The notes beneath the pieces were generated by a model. That model had not been told where the DNA came from. It made no database searches and saw nothing but the letters and a program-made list of their open reading frames with translations. The translations under genes and the position numbers were made by a program. DNA of 59,958 nucleotides, counting the filler, from Bipalium vagum (Eukaryota): assembly GCA_037834085.1 (NCBI GenBank). It is 3 parts of 3 records of this genome, joined end to end, with 100 filler letters (N's around TTAATTAATTAA, not from the genome) between each part and the next. Parts side by side here need not be neighbours in the genome. Positions count along the whole stretch, not along the records: positions 1 to 21,473 come from JBBMKC010236800.1; 2 more parts are not named here. One strand, written 5' to 3'. Within the stretch, counting starts at the first letter, position 1. Each line of letters begins with the position of its first letter. Shown in pieces: positions 1-11,582 of this stretch.

Positions 1-109
1 TTTGGGATCACAAATGGGATTGTTTAACAGTATTTGTTGTTGTTCCTTTTGCTGCTATCAGAGGTATCGGCTGAGATGGCTTTGATGAATGAACTCCTCG
101 TAGTCTCCA

Positions 110-2875
110 CAAAACCAACAAAATATATTTTTCCAGATCCAGGATCAAAAATAAATTTTACAAATTATAAATATAAATTAAGAATTCCATTTGTAATTTA
201 TGTAGGTATTGAATGCATCAATCAATCAATAAATTAAATAAAATTACAAAGTAATTATCGAGAAATATTATTAAATGAACCAAGCTTTAATCCAATTGAA
301 AAAATAATAATAATAATTATATTATTAATTATAACAAGGTTCTAAATACAAATATAAATATATGTAAAAAATATTTACAAATACATTTATAAAATTTCAA
401 CAAAAACCATTTTGTATATTTTTAGTTTATTTCTTAGTATCCAAATTTAATTGAAAATTCTGAAAATTATTAAAACTAGAAAATTGTGTGAAAGAGTTTT
501 GTAAATGGCTTATAAATTTTCAATCTTATATACAAAATTTATTAAAAACAAATATTCAACATAACTTATCAAAAGAAAAAGAAAAATATGAAAAAAACAA
601 ATTTGTGGTTTTTGTGAAAAAGAAATTTAGGATATAAATGAAAAAGTGATTGGTTATGATAATTATGAATAAAATTATAAAGGTCCTGCACATTCAAATT
701 GTAGCATTCAGGTAAATGCTTCAAAATCTGAACAAATATTTTTTTCATAATGGATTAGGATATTATTTTCATTTAAAAGATTTAGCAGATGAAAATCAAA
801 TTAATGAAAATACCTCAAATCTAAATGATGCATTTAATTTAATTCTAAAAACATATTGAAAATATATTTCATTTACTATTAATAAAACTTTTAAAGTTTT
901 AGACTCCTTAAGATTTCTTTAGATGGAGCAGCAAAACCATTAGATGAAATTGATAAAGAATATTTAAAAGAATTTGCTTGCGAAGATTTTAATTTAAGAA
1001 ATACAAAGGGAATTTATTCATATGAATATTTCACAGATTTTGAAAAATTTAGTGGAATAAAATTATTAACAAAAGAAGTACTTTATTCCATGTTAAATAA
1101 ATCAAATATTTCTGATGAAGAATATGAAAGATATAAAACAGTTTATACAAAGTTTTGTAATAAGTCATTGGAATAATACAATTTTATATTTAAAACAAGA
1201 TGTGATTTTACTAACAGATATTTTTGAAAAATTTAGAAAAAAAAATTAAAAATTAAGATTCTTGCCATTTTGTTTTTAAATCTGGTTTAACATGGCAACT
1301 AGGATTATTAAAAACAAAAATAGAATTAGATTTAATCTCTGATCAAAATATGTTTGAAACATTACAGGTGAAATCTCAGGAATTCTTGGAACTAGGTATA
1401 TTAAAGCTCATAATAAATATACAGAAAAATCAAAGAATTATTTTGAATTAGTTAAATTGGAAAAATATAAAATTCTGAAAAAATTAGAAAAAGGAAGAAA
1501 TTTATCAAAATTTTTAAAACAAATTATTTATTTTATATTGATGAATCATTGTCATATAAAGATTTTAAATATTAATATAATAAAAATTCAAATAGGAAAA
1601 AATTTTATTTTACAGAAGAAGAATATTGAATATTAATTGATCATTTTTTAAATCAATGTGGGTATAAAATTAAGTGTGACTGTAAAAGGGACTGTAAATG
1701 TGAAATAACATTTGGAATAATTTTTGAAGATGATTAAGAATATAAAAATAAAAAAATGAAAAAATATTGTCAATTGTTCCCATTAGCCCCAATTTCTAGA
1801 AAAGTAGAAGATGAAGAATTACCAGATTATCAAAAAGATTTATTAGAAATAAATAATCAAGCTCATACAAAAGTTTCAAAAATAATTTTAGATATGAAAC
1901 CAAAATGAATTATATAGTTCATTATAAATTTTTTAATTTTTTTGAGCTTTATGAAAGTCACAAAAGTTCATTCAAGAATATCTTTTAAACAAAAACCTTG
2001 GTTAAAAGAATATATAGATCACAATACAAATTTAATTGAAAGAAGCAGCAGCTGATTTCAAAAAAGATCATTATAATTAATGAATTATTCTTTCTTTGGA
2101 ATAACTATGGAAAACGTTAGAAAAAGAGTAAGTGTGAAATTATTCATAAAAAAAGAAGAATCAAAGAAACAAATAAGTAAACCAATATTTCTAAGAATAG
2201 AAAAATTTTTTTAAAACTTAATGGCAATTCATTATACAAAGATCAAACAAAAATGGATAAACCAATTTATTTAGAATTTTGTATTTTATAATTATCAAAA
2301 CTAATTATGCATAAATTTTATTATGATATTTTAAAACTAAAATATAATGAAAATATTGAATTAATTTATCAAGATATTGAATCATTTGTATTAATTATAA
2401 AAACAGAAGATCTTTATGAAGATTTAAATGAATTTAAAAATTGGATGGATTTTTCTGAATATAAAGAAAATGAATTCCCTTCTACTTTAAAACTAAAAAA
2501 AGAGGATTATATAAAAAATAAAAAAGTATTAGGAAATTTATAGATGAAATAAAGGGAGAAATATTAATAGAATTTGTAGCATTAAAATCAAAATCATATG
2601 CCTGTTAAACTAAAAAATTTCAAGTAATCAATTAACAAAAAAATATAAAAATAAAGGTATACAAAAATGTGTTTTAAAACAAGAAATGAAGTTAGAGGAT
2701 TTTAAAAATAAATCAATAAATCAAATTATAACAGAAAAAGATTTTTGAATAAATACAAATATTAGATCTGAGAAACATGATATATTTCTTTTACAACAAA
2801 ATAAAAAATCATTGGATCAATTTGATGACAAAAGATTTTAATTAAATAATATTGAATCTACTCCTGAGGATTAAA
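110..2875 (+). pseudogene. Protein-primed family B DNA polymerase (pPolB) of Polinton type, multiply frameshifted
   Basis: Collinear motifs: FTNYKYKLRIPFVIY, CGFC..YKGPAHSNC (endonuclease VII-like Zn finger), FHNGLGY, LDSLRF, KGIYSYEY, DVILLTDIFEKFR, ISFKQKPWLKEYIDHNT, LMNYSFFGITMENVRKR, degenerate motif C YQDIES (normally YxDTDS), EFVALKSKSYA, FDDKRF. Many stops and frameshifts. Confidence 0.92.
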
Positions 2876-3379
2876 AAACATTTAAAAAAATAGACAGATT
2901 TCTAGGCAATAAAAATGTAGTAAAATTTTAAATATTTTAAGAAAATAGTAAATGATTAATTCAAATCTCTTGATGGAAAAAATGTATTTTTTATTTATTT
3001 ATTTCTTGTTTATTTTTTTATAAAATTAAAAGTAATTTCTTTACCTCAGATTTTTAGAAAAATATCAATAAAAGAATGAAATTAAAAACTAAATTAATAA
3101 ATTATAAAAAATATTAAAATTTTTAAAATTATAAAAAATAAAAAAAATCATTTTTTTTCACCTTTGAAAAAACTCCCCTTTTACACTTAAACGTCATTTT
3201 ACCAACCATTTATTCTAATTTTGAAAAATTAAATTTTTTGAAAATTTTTGAAATCTATATTTTGTGATTGGAAATTTTGTGAATTTTTTAAAAAAATTAT
3301 GTTGAAAGATTTTCTGATTTTCAAAATTTTTACAAATTCTTAATGAATTTTTCAATCTTTTTCACCTACACAAATTTTG

Positions 3380-3660
3380 TTACAAAAATTAAAAGAATTT
3401 TTATCTTCTTTGTGAATTTTATTTGATTTTTTCATGGGTACATCATAAGAATAAAAAGATTTAACTTCTAAATCTTGTCTGATTCCATTTAATGTAGAAA
3501 CAGATATTTCAAACTTTTTAGTAATTTTTTCTTGTGTTAAACTAGGATTTCAAATTATTATTTTTGTAAAATGATCTCAGAAATGTAACTTTTCCAATTT
3601 TATAAAATTAGCAGAATTAAAATTGTCAACATTTTCATAAACATCTAAGAAATTACAAAA
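3380..3660 (-). pseudogene. Small helix-turn-helix protein remnant, probably Polinton-encoded
   Basis: Minus-strand translation NPSLTQEKITKKFEISVSTLNGIRQDL fits an HTH pattern. It has internal stops and is convergent with pPolB. Confidence 0.5.
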
Positions 3661-5689
3661 CTACTTTTTTAAAAAATAATTTTCACTTTAAAATAAATTT
3701 AACAATTCAAAATCATTCAAAATTGCTCACTTATATTTTTAAAATACAAAAATTGATCATAAAAATGAAATTGACAAGCGTAAATAAATAATTAATAATT
3801 AAATTTTAAAAAAATCTATGAATGAACAATTGAAAGTGCCTGAATCTCAGTTAATTAAAAAAGAAAAAAGTCAAATGCAGATAAACAGATGAATAGTCAT
3901 AAAAAAGAAAAAACAGAAAAAGACCAACAATTTTAAAAATCTGTAGATACGGATAATTTAGAAATAGCAACCAAAGGAGCTGTCCGGAACTTTTGGTATT
4001 CAAACTAGAATAATGAAATTCCTGAAAGAACGGCATTTGAATAAGGAACTTTCTTTTCTTTCTATTCAGGAAATTATGAAGGAAATGAAGGAAGACTTTC
4101 CTTCTGACATAATAACGCATTTAACATCCGTAAGTAATATTTAATAATAATAATTTAATATTTATTACTTAATGTTAAAATTAAATTTTTAATAATAAAA
4201 TAAAATTTTTCAGTTAATTTTAAGATACATAAAATTGTTATCTCTGTTTAAATTTAACTTTTTACTAATTTTACTTTAATTTGGTGAATTTTTTAGAATA
4301 AATGATATAAACATTAGGAACAAAGTTTATAATTTTTATATTTAATGAAAATATCAGTTTTATATAAAGTACTAAAATTTCAATTTTTGAAAAAATCTTA
4401 GGAATTTGTTAATTTCATTTATAAAAATGAAAAATAAGTTATTCTTAAAAATCAAATAATTATACTTGCACACAAAAAAATATTAAAAAATATTTAAAAA
4501 CTATTTATCAATATTTCAAATTATAATGTTTATAAATTTATTCAAAAATATAATTATATATAATTATTAAATATATTTTTATTGTAGTTCTTTATTAAAA
4601 ATTTGAAACTCGAAATCGAGAATAGCTGCTATCGCTTCAAACCTCGATATCAAATCAGCAATAGACAAGACCTTCTCCACATAGTCAGAACGCAACATTA
4701 CCTTGGTTTCAAGGTTTTTCAAGATGGTGTATTAGAGGCCAATAAGAAAAGATCCGTCTTCATTAAGAAATTAATCAAATATAAAAAAATATGTTCGTTT
4801 GAGACTAAACGGGAACATAAAATTATTCTAACTTATAGGCTAAAGATAATGCCATCAATTGAAAGTAAATATAATTGTAATGTATTTATAATTATTTTTC
4901 TATTTAGATATAGACAGAAAAGTTTAGAAATTTGTATTTTACAACAAAGATTAGCCTGCATGATAGAGAAAGATACAAAAACAGTTCACAAAATGTAGTA
5001 AAAAGAGCTTTCATCAGACCATTGGGATCTAGAACAAAGAATAGGAAAAGACTAGCTGTCATTAAATCAAATACACTTTTGAAGGATCCGTTGATGGATT
5101 ATTAATTTCTTATATTTGGCAAATAAATATATTATTATTATAAATTAAATTTATTTCTTTTCACTGAAAATTAAAATTAAGTAACAGTCAGTTCAAGATT
5201 GATTAAAAAATGGAAGATGGTTTTAAAGTCAACATAAATTGTTAAAAAAGTTTAATCCGATATACTTGTTTTGTCAATTACGCAGTACTTACGCTTAAGT
5301 ATGTAATTAATTAAAAATTAATTCTTGAAACAAACCCAACCTTAACCCTCAAATTTATTATTTTAAAATTTTGGTAGCCATATAAGTAGTTGTATCTCTA
5401 GCATTTGCCGCATCTTTAAAAAAATTTTTTTGCATTCACGTGTGCGTTGCACAGGCTCACTCAAAAAGTATTTTTGGCTGGAAACGTTAGAGATATAAAA
5501 TAAATAAAAATAAGTAAAAATATTTTTTAAAAAATAAGTAACCAAACTTTTTTCAAATCTCCTTTTTTGACGATTTTTTCATCATTTTGATAATTTTTTG
5601 ACTAATAGCACATTTTTAAAAAAGTGAAAAAGATAAGTAAAATAAATACTAAACAAATAAATAGTAAAAAGTAAATAATAAAAAAATAC

Positions 5690-6900
5690 TAAGGTTCGCT
5701 TCTTGAGAGACAGTCTCTAAATGACTTATTATTTGACTTACTATTTGAACTTGTTTGAGGTGCAGGTTGCAGCCTTTGGTTTAGAGGACAAAGTCCTCGC
5801 AAAGCAAACTAGGCTTAGGCTCTAGCACCATTGGTGCGCCTTATTGAAAGCAGGTTAAACCTGCTTTAAATGCAACTTCGTCTTAACTCGCAGACAATAG
5901 TCCGCTGTGAACTGAAGGTTCATCAAACTTGTTTGAGGTGAATTTTAAAACTAATTTCTTCTCCATTAAAGTCTATTAATTCTCTGTTATCACCAGCCAT
6001 CAAATCAACCAGAAATTGGATATTCTAACAGACGCCCAGTGACTATAAAAGCAATTGATAAATCATTCAAATGGAAGAAGGAGAAAACAAAAGCAACCGA
6101 ATCGTGTCAAAAGCAGTTATACCAGATTCAGATTGTATCAACATTTATCCAGACTAGAACTGAGATCATTTAGACGTATCTACGAAGACAAAGAATCAGA
6201 CAAGGTCACCGTTATTCACAGGATCAATCAAGAAAGGAACACTTGTCACCGTTATTCACCGGATCAGTCAAAAAAGGAACACTTGTAAAAAGTTACTTTA
6301 GTTATATGTTTTCTTTATTTTACTATTTCAATTTGACTACATATTGAAAATTGTAAAATATTTAAATAACTCTAACTGCTTATTAAAATCATACCGGAAT
6401 TAAACAATTGGATAGCTCCCCAATTGTTATTCCAACATCAAAATCATCTTTTTATTTTACTTCTTTTTTATTTTTTGCTTCCTCTTCGTCAAGTAGGGCG
6501 GAGGAGCGCATTTTGAACATCGAGGGCTCTTTTAGCAAGGCTTGCAAAGAGCATATCATAACCTTTTACGGGACTTATCATTAATAATTGCGTTATTGTT
6601 TTGAAATTTGGTTTTGTTCGACAAAATATTTTTAAAAGGTTTTGAATCGTTAAAAAATAAAAGTATTTCGATTAAAATTAAAATTTTTTTGATTTGACTT
6701 AGTGAAATACAGTTTTATATTTTATCACAGTCGCATTTTGAGTTATATTTATTAATCGCACATACACGACCATTACCCAGTCGATTTTAAAATAAACATA
6801 TTTATAAACGCAACCTTTCACACAATCTGAACGTTACACTCAATAAAATCCTTCTGATCTTAATACGAGCCCGTTAAGTTTTGGAACGACAGTTAAAATT
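5690..6900 (+). repeat. LTR-like interspersed repeat inserted in the Polinton
   Basis: GC-richer non-coding block with TATA-like CTATAAAA (~6043) and internal duplications. It shares AAGTAGGGCGG and GCAACCTT..TTACAC motifs with 21840-22120. Ends not defined. Confidence 0.45.
6207..6286 (+). repeat. Tandem duplication of a 40-bp unit (2 copies)
   Basis: caccgttattcacaggatcaatcaagaaaggaacacttgt followed by caccgttattcaccggatcagtcaaaaaaggaacacttgt. Confidence 0.9.
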
Positions 6901-6999
6901 GAAATTAATTAAACTATTACCTTTATATTATAATCAAAACTTAACAATAATATAATTTATTTTTTTTTAATGGTACTAGCTTTTTATCATATATTTAAA

Positions 7000-7330
7000 T
7001 TGGTACTCAACTGAATTAGATATTTCCGAAAATTCGTATGCTCCAGGAGTTAGTTTGAAATTTACTTTTTTATTTTTTCCTTATGAATCTGTAATTTCTA
7101 AATCAATTCAATTATTTTTTTCAGTAATATTCAAAATTGAATTATAAGTTGAATAATAAACTAAACCTAATTCATAGTTTACATTGTTTTTAAGTTTTAA
7201 AGGAAAATCTAATCTGAAGTTTATTTCTGAACTTTTACTTTTTACGATAAATGAATTTGAAAATTTTTGAGATAAAAGGTTTGTTATTTTTCTAACGATT
7301 CTGAAGCAATGTTAGTAACACTTGCGTTCA
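7000..7330 (-). pseudogene. Polinton minor capsid (penton) protein, N-terminal part
   Basis: SFIVKSKSSEINFRLDFPLKLKNNVNYELGLVYYSTYNSILNITEKNN...FKLTPGAYEFSEI matches the Polinton mCP N-terminal pattern (YELGL..F.TYNSI.NI...NN...P.GSYE). It is truncated near 7000. Confidence 0.8.
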
Positions 7331-7439
7331 TTTTTAAAATAAAAAAGAAAAATTTATAGATTTTATTTTTTCAAAATATTTTCATAAACCTTTGGTTTAT
7401 TTTTTTTTGCTTTTTTAATTTATTTAAAATTTTTAAAAT

Positions 7440-7880
7440 TATATGATCAAGATCATCATGACCAGCCATTTTGTAGATAAATATTTTCTTAAAGTTATAA
7501 ATTGATGCAACGAAGTTACTGAAATCAGTTTTCTGAGTTTCTTTTACTTTTTGAACAGCTTTTACAACACCATCTGAAACTCCACCAGCTGCTCCTAAAC
7601 CTGCAAAGATAGCACCAAAAATTGGAATTAATGGAAGAACACCACCTTCATGTAATCCTTCAGATTTTTCTTCATAAGTTTGAACACCTTGGGTGTTTGC
7701 AGCTGCGCTGTGATCCTCAATTTTATTAATAATAATTTTTAATAATAATTTTTAATAATATCTTTAATTTGATTAATTATTATTTTAGATAGATAATATT
7801 TTTCTTCCTTGAAAGTAATATACTTAGGTTTTCCTACATCGATTATGTTTTGTAATTTATCCTCAGTGATTTTTTTATTC
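7440..7880 (-). pseudogene. Adenovirus pX-like / Polinton core protein
   Basis: EGGVLPLIPIFGAIFAGLGAAGGVSDGVVKAVQ (~7555-7650) resembles the GGFLPLIP..A..GA..G...V signature of adenovirus pX and related Polinton ORFs. Confidence 0.7.
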
Positions 7881-8079
7881 ATTTTTTTGAAACAAATTTA
7901 ATTTTTCTCATTAATATTTAGAAAAATAACAAAACTGCTTGATGTTTGGATGGTGGTCTCTCTTTCTCAACTCTTTCCTCTTCTTTTCTCCATCAAGCAG
8001 TTCCAAACACCATTCTTTTCAGTGCTAGCACTTTTTTACTTTTTTATTTTCTTTTTATTTATTTATTTTTTGTTTTGTG

Positions 8080-8970
8080 CTAACACTTTTTCAACTTCAT
8101 GTTTAATAATTAAAAACGATGATTTCTGAAGTTCTGAGCTGCAATTCATTTTTATGAAATCTACCCAAAATCTTTTCACCATTTAAATCTATTAGTACAT
8201 AAACAGTCGGATTTGTAAAATAAATTTCATCTATAATAAAAATTACTTCAGACTATTTTGTTGTATATCCTTTTTCAAATTTATTTTAATATTTAAAAAT
8301 TCTTACATGATCACCAATTGATCACCTCTTGCCAGATTTGTTGGTAATTTGGTTTAGGTTAATTGTGAAACGGGAGAAATTTTATCAGTTTTCAATTTTT
8401 CTGGATTAGCCGAAGACTCTAACAACTTCGTTGGATATTTATTTGCTTCATTAGGGGTTATTCCAATTGATCTATGAATTTTATTATTATAAAAATTAAT
8501 TAAGTTTGGTAAAAAATATAAACATTTTCTATTCCCTTGTTCTGTAAATTTTTTGAACATCCTTTTTTAAGAGTTCTATTAATTCTTTCTATAGCAACTG
8601 CTTTTCCTTCATTTTCTGTTGAATAAATTTATATTTCATTATCATCACAAAAATCTTCAAATGTTTTATAGTAAACTTCTGTGCCTTTATCAACCCAAAG
8701 TTTTTCGGGGACCCTATTTGAATCTGTTACTCGAATATTTTATCAGACGCATCTGTAATTGATTGACTTGTTTTATTTTTTAGAGGAACAGCGAAAGCAA
8801 AAAAAGTATATAAATCGATAACTGTTAGAATTATTTTGTAATCTTTTTCTCCTGGAACAAAAGTTAAATTTGCTGACTAAATATCATCCTTATTAACATT
8901 TTAACTTTAAGAAACATTTTTTGAATTTCTAAACTATTTATGAAGTTCATTTGGTAATTGTTCTCTTTTA
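8080..8970 (-). pseudogene. Polinton retroviral-like (rve) integrase with possible C-terminal chromodomain start
   Basis: ELHK..KDDI*SANL, FAFAVPLKNK, PEKLWVDKGTEVY, GKAVAIERINRTLK, YNNKIHRSIGITPNEA, GDHVRI..KFEKGYT, GRFHKNELQ, then HEVEKVLA. Confidence 0.92.
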
Positions 8971-9069
8971 TTTGGTGAGAGAATTTTTGAATTTTCATAA
9001 AGTTTCTCATTAGCGAGCGTCTTCTACGTTCTAACCAAAGGTGCAAGCAACTTTGATTCTCTTGGTAAA

Positions 9070-9450
9070 CCTAATCATATACATATCTTTACTTTCATAA
9101 TTAATTTTACAATTGCTCATTCTAGTTTTTCTCTTGGAGTTGGATTTTGGATGTTGTTCATTTCATGAATTATTTCTACATCTGCAACATGTCTATCTTT
9201 TAAATCTGTTAACATATATTTTACATCATGTTTCATTGCTGCTTGATCTATTCGATTTATTGGAATTGAATCATGTTTTGGAATTGGAGAAATATTTTAA
9301 GTTTTATTTTCTTCATAATTATTTACTATCTCATCATAGTTTTCTAATCTTTTATCTATATGAGTCCTGGCCCAATGAAATTCGCGACCGGATTTGTTTT
9401 ATTAAAAGAATTTAAAGATTTTAAATGAAATTCTCATGGATATTTTCCTG
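9070..9450 (-). pseudogene. Parvovirus-type phospholipase A2 (PLA2X) domain
   Basis: EFHL..NFIGPG/THIDKRL (one frameshift; Ca-binding loop), PINRIDQAAMKHDVKY (catalytic HD at 9225-9230), DRHVADVEI, and C-terminal MKVKICI*LGL. Confidence 0.85.
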
Positions 9451-10769
9451 TTGTAAATTTATTTAAAAATTTGTTGTTTGTTACAGCTTCACAAAATTAG
9501 TGACTATTTTATTCTAAAAAATATTCAACATCATAAGCAAAAATAAAAAGTATTTTTTCAAATTACATATATTTATTAACATTTTAAGCCAAATTTTAAG
9601 TTACGAATTAGGTAATATTTACGAATTGATAATATTAAAGTTAAATAAACACCAAATCGATTATTAAACACTGAATTGGATCAATCGAAATATAAATCAA
9701 ACACTGACTCGAATTATTAACTAAGAAAAAAAATTTTATTAAATATATTTTTAATAAATTTGACAATAAGATTTATAATTACAATTAAAATTTGTGATGA
9801 AATCCGGAGAAGAAGGTTAACTTAAGACATTATTACATTAATTAATTAATAACCTATAATCCGTAAAAGAATGATAGTTTTTAATTTTGTATTTTTATTT
9901 AATAATCGGTTCAATGTGAAACTAAAAGTTCATTATTAATTATATTTAAATATTTAGTAATAAGTTATTATAGATTTAAAATCAAATCTAATAAACAGAG
10001 AAATAAAATATTTTTACTATTTTGATAATTGGAGTCGATTTCTGTTTCCTTTCTCCTTGCATCTACGTAGTAGCAATTGTTTTCATCTACTTGCTTCTTT
10101 GGTTAAACTTTTAGTGATATATTTTGCGTCCTCTTCCTGATTTGTTTTTGGTCGTTTTCAAACTGAAAAGCTTTAGAAATTATGTTATCTTATTTTTTGT
10201 ATTTTCTAAAGTTTGTAACCTAATGTTACTATTTTTAGATTTTACTTAAAAATTTGTTACTATAAATTTTGTACTTAAACTTTATTTAAAATTTTAGTTA
10301 AATAATTATTTATACAGACTCTATGTTACTGATTAATTTTTCCAAATTAATAATCGAAATTATTACTTTTTAATTATCATAATAATAATATAAAGGATAC
10401 AAGGATTTTAGGTGTCTACGGGTTTTAACTTTTACAATAAAAACAACAAACAAAACTACACAAAATTATATTTTTTATGCATAATAACAAAAAAATTTTT
10501 CATAATTATTTTTCCCTTTAATGCATTTTCATAATCAATTAAATCAGTTTTTACTGCTTTATTTATTCCCTTCATTCTGTTTAGTTTGCCAAGGACACGA
10601 ATTTAAAGGTTATTTGAAATCTTTTTATTGCTTTTGAAAAAAGAAATTTGATCAAATGTAAAATTCGGAAATGTTGGGATTGACAATAGCAAATCATTTA
10701 TTTATATTGACCATCATAAGAATCCAGTGCATATGGTCACTGACCCTAAAAATATATAACCACTATATA

Positions 10770-11410
10770 TACTGCCAGTCAATATTTTTCGCACTGTAAG
10801 TATAATACAATATTAAAAAAATAAGTAAGAGTTAGAAAATTGATACTTTCAGTAATAAATGTTAAACTTCAATAAATTGTTATTGTGAAATAAATTTAAT
10901 ATTTATGTAATTTTTTGAATAATATAAGTAGTAATAAAAATTTTCAAAATTTTAAAAGTGGACAAATTTTTTCGCACAGATAAATATTTTAGTATTTATA
11001 AAAAACAGAATTATTTCAGACATGGTTTATGATGGACCACAATTTAACAATCTGATATTATCCAATCACAGATATTATCCATATAATAAACAATGAAAAA
11101 AGACAAAAAATAATTGATTTATATGGATCACTGAGAGCTCGTTTTAACTTCCAAAGGGAATTTGTACAATGTGTAATATTTTGTTAATAAATAAAAGGTG
11201 TGCGAAAAATTTTGTCCTTTTTTAATTTTCAGTATTTGAATTTCTTAACTTTATATATATATTACAAACATTATTTTAAGATTACTTACTTAAAATTTAC
11301 ATAACTAATGTATATTACTAAATATCGCTTATGGATAGATTTCATTTCATTCACACAGTAACAAAATTCATATAAAATAGTAACTGCGCGAAAATTTTTA
11401 TCCGGCAGTA
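10770..11410. mobile_element. Non-autonomous Tc1-like element with IR-DR architecture
   Basis: Flanked by TA. Outer IR tactgccagtcaatatttttcgcac vs (rc) tactgccggataaaaattttcgcgc. Inner IR ggacaaattttttcgcaca (10960-10978) vs tgtgcgaaaaattttgtcc (11199-11217). Confidence 0.8.
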
Positions 11411-11582
11411 TACGATATTTTAATAAATACTTCTTAATTTCATGTAAAAATATTCCATTGATCCGTCTCCTGTCGAACTATTTCCTGATTCCTTCTCCAC
11501 AATCAAAACCACTTTCCAAAAAAATGAGATTTTTAATGTAAACAATTTGAATGCAAATTAAGAATTTTATAAATTTAATAAA

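Larger units (their letters stand above)
110..9450. mobile_element. Decayed endogenous Polinton/Maverick (adintovirus-like) element, interrupted by other repeats
   Basis: Co-located pPolB, rve integrase, penton-like, pX-like and PLA2-like remnants. No terminal inverted repeats found, and no major capsid, ATPase or protease recognised. Confidence 0.9.

Noticed and set aside
4603-4998. 131-aa ORF within the Polinton interval
   Set aside because: No recognisable motif; lies in a probable non-coding repeat and starts at TTG.
6207-6286. Repeat unit of CRISPR-like length
   Set aside because: Two adjacent copies, no spacers, no cas genes, eukaryotic context.
8900-9125. In-frame TGA/TAG codons suggesting an alternative genetic code or read-through
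   Set aside because: Mixed stop types plus frameshifts throughout the element indicate ordinary pseudogene decay, and the host genes use the standard code.
9113-9415. 100-aa Leu/His-rich plus-strand ORF
   Set aside because: Antisense shadow of the PLA2 domain.
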